Assembly: GCA_040357565.1 (NCBI GenBank)
Contig: JBDODJ010000028.1
DNA length: 64,000 bases
Source: Cercozoa sp. M6MM
Taxonomy: Eukaryota; Protista; Endomyxa: Ascetosporea
Direction: 5' to 3' (one strand)
Of this stretch, positions 55,510 to 64,000 are shown piece after piece. The translations under genes were made by a program, and so were the position numbers. The notes below the pieces were generated by a model. That model made no database searches, had not been told where the DNA came from, and saw nothing but the letters and a program-made list of their open reading frames with translations. Positions within the stretch are counted from its first letter, which is position 1; every line of letters begins with the position of its first letter.

Positions 55510-57078
55510 TTAAACAAGCAGCACAGCGTTGATGCAACCGTCGAGCCTAAATGTTACAACCCAAAACAGTAAACTCACATATTGGACACAGAACAACATA
55601 CTCGGGCTCGTTCGTGACCTGGGCGTACTTGCCCCAGACCACCTTGCCATGGCTTGTGACAAGACCCTATGTCACACAGCAAGAAACAGCGTGAAGCGAC
55701 ACACAAAAACAACAACATGCGCTTATTGCTGCTGCCCGGTAGTACCAGTTCCGAGACGTTGACCTCGATGACGGTGCCCTTCGTGATAACGCCAAGGTTG
55801 GTGTATGTGGCCGACGATGGGTTCTTCTTCACCTGCACAGCAATACACCGTGTCATTATCTCCTGAGCCGACCATACTGACACTCAAATTCACGGTACGC
55901 CCAGGATATCAAGACAGAAAGTCGTCTTCAACTCAGGGTGTGTCACATGTGCCTTTGTTCTTCGCAGACCTGTACATGTACTTGTAGCAAAGAGCAAACC
56001 ACTGGGGCTTGCAATTGACAGACTGGTACAGTCGCAGTACCCTTGGGCCGGATGAAGCGTTCATACTTGGGCGGCTTACGCGTAAAATTCTGTCCCACGA
56101 ATGTCATTTTGGTCACCATGCGCTTCCACGCTACAGCACCAACGCAATCAAGTCGACCCACAACAGTTGATTTAAACAAACGCGTACTTTTCTTTTTCCG
56201 CTTGCCGGAGGCAACGACCTTGAACATCTCATCGTCGGCGATTGGCTTGACCTACAAACAGACGCATATAGAAAAGGCTGTGGCGTGATCAAATGTCATG
56301 TATTCAGCTACCTTCGGGATAGGCACAGCCCACTTGCCGGCCTTTTCCTTGCGCTTTTGCTTGATAGTGTTACTCAGCACCTACGTATGGCAGCAGTCCC
56401 ACAAGTTCATAAAGGCAAGGGAGCAACCACGCACCTTGGCGCGCGAAACTTCTTGTCTGTCGAGCAGGTAGGCCGGCAACGCCGCCGACTCATCATCTTG
56501 TGGCTTTTGCTGTTCAAGCACACACACCACACGTACTTTACGTTGGTTCCAACAGGGAACAAAAAGAAACAAGGAGCGACCGACGCTACCTTCTGCAAGT
56601 TCGTGCGTTCGGAATGCATCGCAAGAGTCTTCTTCATCTCTGCCTTTTCCTGGAAGCGTTGCTTGTTCAGCTGCGAACAAACACAGTGTACGCACATACT
56701 TAAGCTCATAAAGCATAAGAAGCAAACTCACCAACTTGGCCTTGATGCCGCGCGTCTGCTGTGCTTGGCGCGAGCGCACCTTGTGCAAACGAGCCGCTCG
56801 TTTCCGCATCACCTGCCAACATTTGACTTAGTTCTTCGTGGCGAAATGGAAAACGCTGTTACCTCGGAGTGGTCGAAGCGCCGGCCATGGCGCTTGCGAT
56901 GTTGCTCGACGTACTCGTTCTGGGGCTGCACAACACCAAAACAAACATATGTCAACCTAAAACAGTGGCGCACGTTTCACTTTAAAAAGAGCCCCGTGGG
57001 CCTCTAACCCAAGCACCAGGCACGCGATCAAGGGCCTTCCAGCGCCACACACGCCAAGAACAGAAAAGAACAAACCAT
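55510..57078 (-). CDS. NSA2: Ribosome biogenesis protein NSA2, 12 exons
   Basis: M|[82 protein letters not shown] and [10 protein letters not shown]. Confidence 0.97.
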
Positions 57079-57251
57079 TGAAAGTCAACAACGCCGCTGA
57101 GCGATCTCAACCAACTAGCACGCCCTGGGATACGTCTAAAGCACGACGGGGAGAGCAGGCGGAGCGCTGGTCACCAATTTAAAATAATAAAAATGATATT
57201 AATTAACACTGCTGTCACAGAACACACAGTATACGACACGGTGGGATATTC
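57079..57251. promoter_or_regulatory. Putative bidirectional promoter for NSA2 and NUS1
   Basis: 173 bp separate the divergent start codons; an AT-rich core lies at about 57176-57207. Confidence 0.6.
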
Positions 57252-58263
57252 ATGCGAATGAAGGCTTGGATCTACCGCAAGACCTTCGTGCTAATCGTGT
57301 ACATGATCGGCGTAATTTCGCTTTCATAAAAAACGCGTCAGTCATTACCTCTTTTGTAGTTCTTCGTGTGCTGGTGGCGCAGGATACGGCTTGCGTTTAG
57401 CTGGGCTATGACCGATACTAGTGCCGCTGGAAGCGATAGCGAGTCCATGCACGTTGCCTTGGCACTCGACGCGCAAGTATGCAGGTCATTTGATGTACTT
57501 AACGCCGTCATGTCGCAGGTGATCGGTGTTGTTGCTTCAAAAAGCGAAAGCGGTGTCGCTGAACTCACCATCTTTGCGAACACCGAAGTCTGCGCCGAAA
57601 ACGCGCTCCAATGTCTTCAACGGCAGTGTCAGGCTCGGCGTGTTGACACGCAGCTGTTCCGACGCGGTTGCGTACACTCCACTTTGGCCTTGTGGGAGGT
57701 GCGCGTATCGTTAAATTGCTTTGCAGGACCAAGTTATTTGCGGTGACAAAAATGTACTCCGCGTGCGTCTGTTGGACAGGTAAATTAGTATTCCTGTGTG
57801 CGGGTTTCTTATTTCCAGAATGTATTGTGTCTACTTCTGTGTAGCAACGACGACATTGATGTGATTCGCCGCACATGTGGCAGCAAGTTTGATTCGGAAC
57901 AGCAAATGCGCCGCTCGCTGATTGCAACCGCGAAATACCGCGGCCTTGCCCCCGTTACCGAAGAGGCATACACACACACACACGCGCGCGTTCATGCATT
58001 TTATTTTGCGTGTGCTCAGGACGACCTTGCAATGTGTCCAAACCTGCTGTTTGTGGTTTCACGAAGCCGGACATTGCTTCGATTCCCATGCTGGCTGTTG
58101 AAACAGGCCGAGATTGCGTATTGCTTTCTCGCTGCATCCACTTCTTCTTTGTTAATTTGAACAATGTCTGCGCAGGCATTGTCATGATGTCACACAAGTT
58201 CAGTTTAGTCTTCGGGATGCCTTGCGGCGGTATGCGTGCACGGAGCTGCGATGCGGCCGCTGA
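57252..58263 (+). CDS. NUS1: Dehydrodolichyl diphosphate synthase subunit NUS1/NgBR-like
   Basis: N-terminal hydrophobic segment; C-terminus CPNLLFVVSRSRTLLRFPCWLLKQAEIA..SLRDALRRYACTELRCGR* matches the NgBR pattern PDL...GFLPW.IRLTEI...ALRQYAACEQRLGK, including the terminal RxG motif. Confidence 0.8.
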
Positions 58264-58514
58264 ACCGAAACGCCTGCAGTAGTTTAGCCTAACAGAGTCG
58301 AAGTGTGATACAGCGCGTGACATATTTAGTTCAAGTGGTGCTTGTACAGTACCTGTCCATTGTAGCCCGGACGTGTATCGGTGTAAAATAATAACATTAT
58401 CGACTGCCAAAGAATTTGTCCTTTTGACAGGTTTTCAAGTTGCTGCCCGATCAAACTTCTTGAGAAAGTTGTCACAAACTCAGAACTCCTTTTGACACAC
58501 CGTATCACTGTGAG

Positions 58515-60728
<2,214 letters not shown>

Positions 60729-62226
60729 ATCCGTCACGTCCAGTCGAGTTTGTTGCTGTAGACGACGTTTATGTTACGAAACGGTATTCATTAGCACTTT
60801 GTTACAGACTGACTCAGATTATGCAGTCTCCGCGGGGATAAACCCAGACAGACCAGTTGGTCTCCCATCATTGAAGCAAAAGAGAAAGACGAGTTAAGAG
60901 TTTGTGGCTCTGCGGTACTACTGTTTATAGAGCTGTGACTGGACCTGTCTGAAAGCCTGTCCTTGTAGATTGAGCCTGCCAGTTGGCAAAGAGAAAACCT
61001 CATCTACTTGGCGTCAGCTGATCAGTTGCTCTGCAGTTTGTACTGATATCCACCTCTACAAGGAAGCATTGGCTGTTGTAGAGAGAAGGGTTTTTTTTCT
61101 TCGTTAAATCTTCTCACGATTTTCCCCGTGACGGAAGTTTCCGTCTACAACTCCGTCTAGTTTGACGTAAGAACCCAGTTGGGGTAATTCTTCACTTCGC
61201 TTCTACAAACTGGATCAATTGATTCCCTCGCTTCGTCTAATTGACGACTTACTTCTTTTATTTAGTTCTTTTCACTGACAACCGTCAGTAACAACTTTGA
61301 GAAGTGTGGTGTATTGTGTTTGTCTGGCACCCTGATCCCTCCGAGAGTGTTGCTAACCTCCTTACCCTGTGCTTGGTAGACTGACCTCGAAAGAGCAAGA
61401 TTTTGCTTCTTTCCTGAAAAGGCTCTCTAAGTTACTCACCAGGTAAAGCACCTCTCCAGGCTCCAGTCCTTGCACTCTCACGTAATCCCTTTTTGCTGTC
61501 TTCCCAGCACAGAGAGCCTTTCTTTTTCTCCTTACGTCCCTCCTTCTCCTTCCTTCCTTCTTCTGACTACCGGGCCTCTTCCCTCCCGATTAGTCGAAAT
61601 TAAGCTAACTTCCTGTACTTTGCCGACCCTATCTTGGGACTGACTACGTCTACAGACTCAGTTCTTCTTCACATCGATTCCATTTGTTTCTTTAGTCTTT
61701 TTCCTGGCATAGTACTCTTTTGCACTACCAAAGCCTCAATTTCTGAAAGGCTGCGAACATTTACATAGGGGAAATTTACCATCCAAGGATTATCTCGTGA
61801 TTTCCCCAATTGATTTGGCCTTAAGTTACTCGAATTGGTTGTTTAGTGCACATTACACTTTTTACGCACGGCTAGCGCGTCAACAACTATGTACGATACT
61901 TCGAGGTACCCGACATCGGATACCCACGCGCACGATATCCAGCACGGAATGATACGTACCACGCAACGTCTACGAGACGAGACTCACAACCGGGTTGTAT
62001 GTGTGCAGGAAAGGAACTTCAGTCACCGCTCCGATCCTGCAGTACAAGTAAAACTCCTTATAGACGTATATACGTTCTCGGAAAATGCCAAAATTGACGA
62101 CTACTACCCTTGAATTTCTTTAATAAATTGCTTAATAATTTGAATCGACCGACCTAAATCAGCTTAATAGAGAACACAAGTACTAAATTAGGTTTAAACT
62201 ACTAGAGTGAACGTGTCAACCGAAGA

Positions 62227-62594
62227 TCAGCCGCCATCGCCGTCGTTGACCAAGAACTCGTCAGAGTCGTGCATGTCGCCGCCTGCGACGTCGAAATCGC
62301 TGTCGAACGAATATCCTGGCGGCCGTTCGACATTTTCGTAAGGGAAAGCATCATTCGGAAGGGTTTGAGTCGGGAGGAGGTTCTTACGGGCGATGCGAGC
62401 ACTGCGCCGCGTGGGTTGCGTCGCAGCCAGTTGCAGCCAGTTCAGGGTCCTGCACGAACTCGGCGTCGGACGAGTCGGCGACATCCGAGGCATCTACGTT
62501 GCTCTGCGCCCCGCTGGTGGGTGTTGACAAAGTCGCACGCCTTGACCGTGGCCTGAAAATAGTGTGTGTGCGTGTGTGAGTGTGTGTGTGTGTG

Positions 62595-62651
<57 letters not shown>

Positions 62652-63028
62652 GTGTGTGTGCGTACTGTGGAGGCAAACGGTACCTTCTGCGTGTGTGCGA
62701 ACTCGCGCTGGCGATGGAGTCCATGTAGTGCCCGCTGAAGTTATCGCTGTCAGTGGGTGTCACCAGTTGGCGTGCCAAGAGCAATCTTCAGCTGAGGAAG
62801 ATACTCGTTCATGTATCACGATCCATCCATGCAGAGGGCTGCATGCTGAAGGACACGTGAACGCCTGTCTCCGAATCGAAATCGCCGTCGCTGCGCTGCT
62901 TGTTCAGAGCCGTGATGACGTGCGATGACGACGTCTTCGTCCGCCCCTGTTGCATGTGCATGTGTGTGTGCGTGTGGGTGCATGTGTGTATGTGTGTGTG
63001 TGTGCATGTGTTTGTGGGTGTGTGCGTC

Positions 63029-63077
<49 letters not shown>

Positions 63078-63087
63078 NNNNNNNNNN

Positions 63088-63135
<48 letters not shown>

Positions 63136-63458
63136 ACTGTCTGTGTGTGCGTTTGCGTGTGTGTGTGTGCGTGTGTGTGTGTGTGGCTGAAGGTGAAACG
63201 TACTGTGCAAAGCCCGAAAGCTGGCTGAAGATGTCCTCGGCGATGGCTTCGGTTGTCGTCACGCGTCAAGTGCTGTGACGAAGTTTGCTCGCAGCCTTTC
63301 CTTCTTCACAATCTGGGGCATCAGGAATTCGCTGACACAATCGCTCGACGGGTACTTGATACCGATCGAGAAGCAGGCTATGTACTCTGTGACCCATGTA
63401 CCCGAGGAGGGCTCCACTATACACACAAGCGCCAGAATCAACCACACACACACACACG

Positions 63459-63503
<45 letters not shown>

Positions 63504-63785
63504 ACTCACACACATGCGCAGGGATACAGGTACAATACCGTAGGGGTGCTCCTTTCGTGATTCTCGGGCTTGCCCTGTGCGTCCGGAAGAGTTGTTGGCA
63601 GAGGAAGGCGAAAGGTGTCGTGGGTACCACCTGACTCACGGTGCCATGCGTACTATTAAACAGGAACTTGTGCGTGCGGTTGTGTGTGTGTGTGTGCGTG
63701 CGTGCGTGCATGCGTGTGTGTGCGTGTGTGCGTGCGTACGTGCGTGCTTGTGTGCGTGTGTTTGTGAGTGTGTGTGTATGTGTGT

Positions 63786-63883
<98 letters not shown>

Positions 63884-63949
63884 TGGTCGCAGTTACGGCA
63901 GCGAAAAGGCTCGAAGAAGACATTCATTCGTCGACTGCACTTCCACCAC

Positions 63950-64000
<51 letters not shown>
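62227..64000 (-). pseudogene. Decayed pogo/Tigger-type (DDE_1) transposase pseudogene with introns; 5' part outside the window
   Basis: Remnant motifs in shifting frames: LLDRYQVPVERL, TTTEAIAED/GHLQPAFGLCT|GRT, QPSAWMD (62821-62841), YMNEYLPQL and DNFSGH (62728-62745). Contains stops, frameshifts and a 10-bp tandem duplication at 62423-62442. Confidence 0.55.

Noticed and set aside
63255-63275. In-frame TGA as selenocysteine or a reassigned codon
   Set aside because: It lies in a region with several frameshifts (pseudogene). Conserved genes here end in TAA, TAG and TGA, so the code is standard, and no SECIS was evident.

Overview
Gene-dense window of an intron-rich eukaryote, probably a protist. 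It uses the standard genetic code, has short (about 50-150 nt) GT-AG introns, many intronic (TG/CA)n microsatellites, and N-gaps inside some of them. Manual splicing gives about 21 protein-coding genes plus one transposase pseudogene. Well-supported genes are mitochondrial thiolase (ACAT1), a Na+/H+ exchanger, mitochondrial enoyl-CoA hydratase (ECHS1), U2B''/U1A, FAM21/WASHC2, a G-protein alpha subunit, eIF2D, a RING-PHD protein, NSA2 and NUS1. Less certain are a REV7-like HORMA protein, a MAP10-like protein, a TPR protein and several unknown genes. Main observations: (1) one continuous spliced frame encodes an N-myristoylation motif, ankyrin repeats, five C2H2 zinc fingers and an acidic tail, a candidate membrane-tethered transcription factor; (2) a nucleus-encoded mitoribosomal uS2 domain sits inside a protein of about 1,470 aa; (3) 5' splice sites are strongly degenerate, mostly C at +4 and often lacking G at +5; (4) an 11-bp palindromic-core array and 21-bp-spaced motifs lie upstream of genes; (5) a decayed pogo-type transposase appears to carry host-style introns. 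All gene models are manual inferences from sequence alone; no searches were run.
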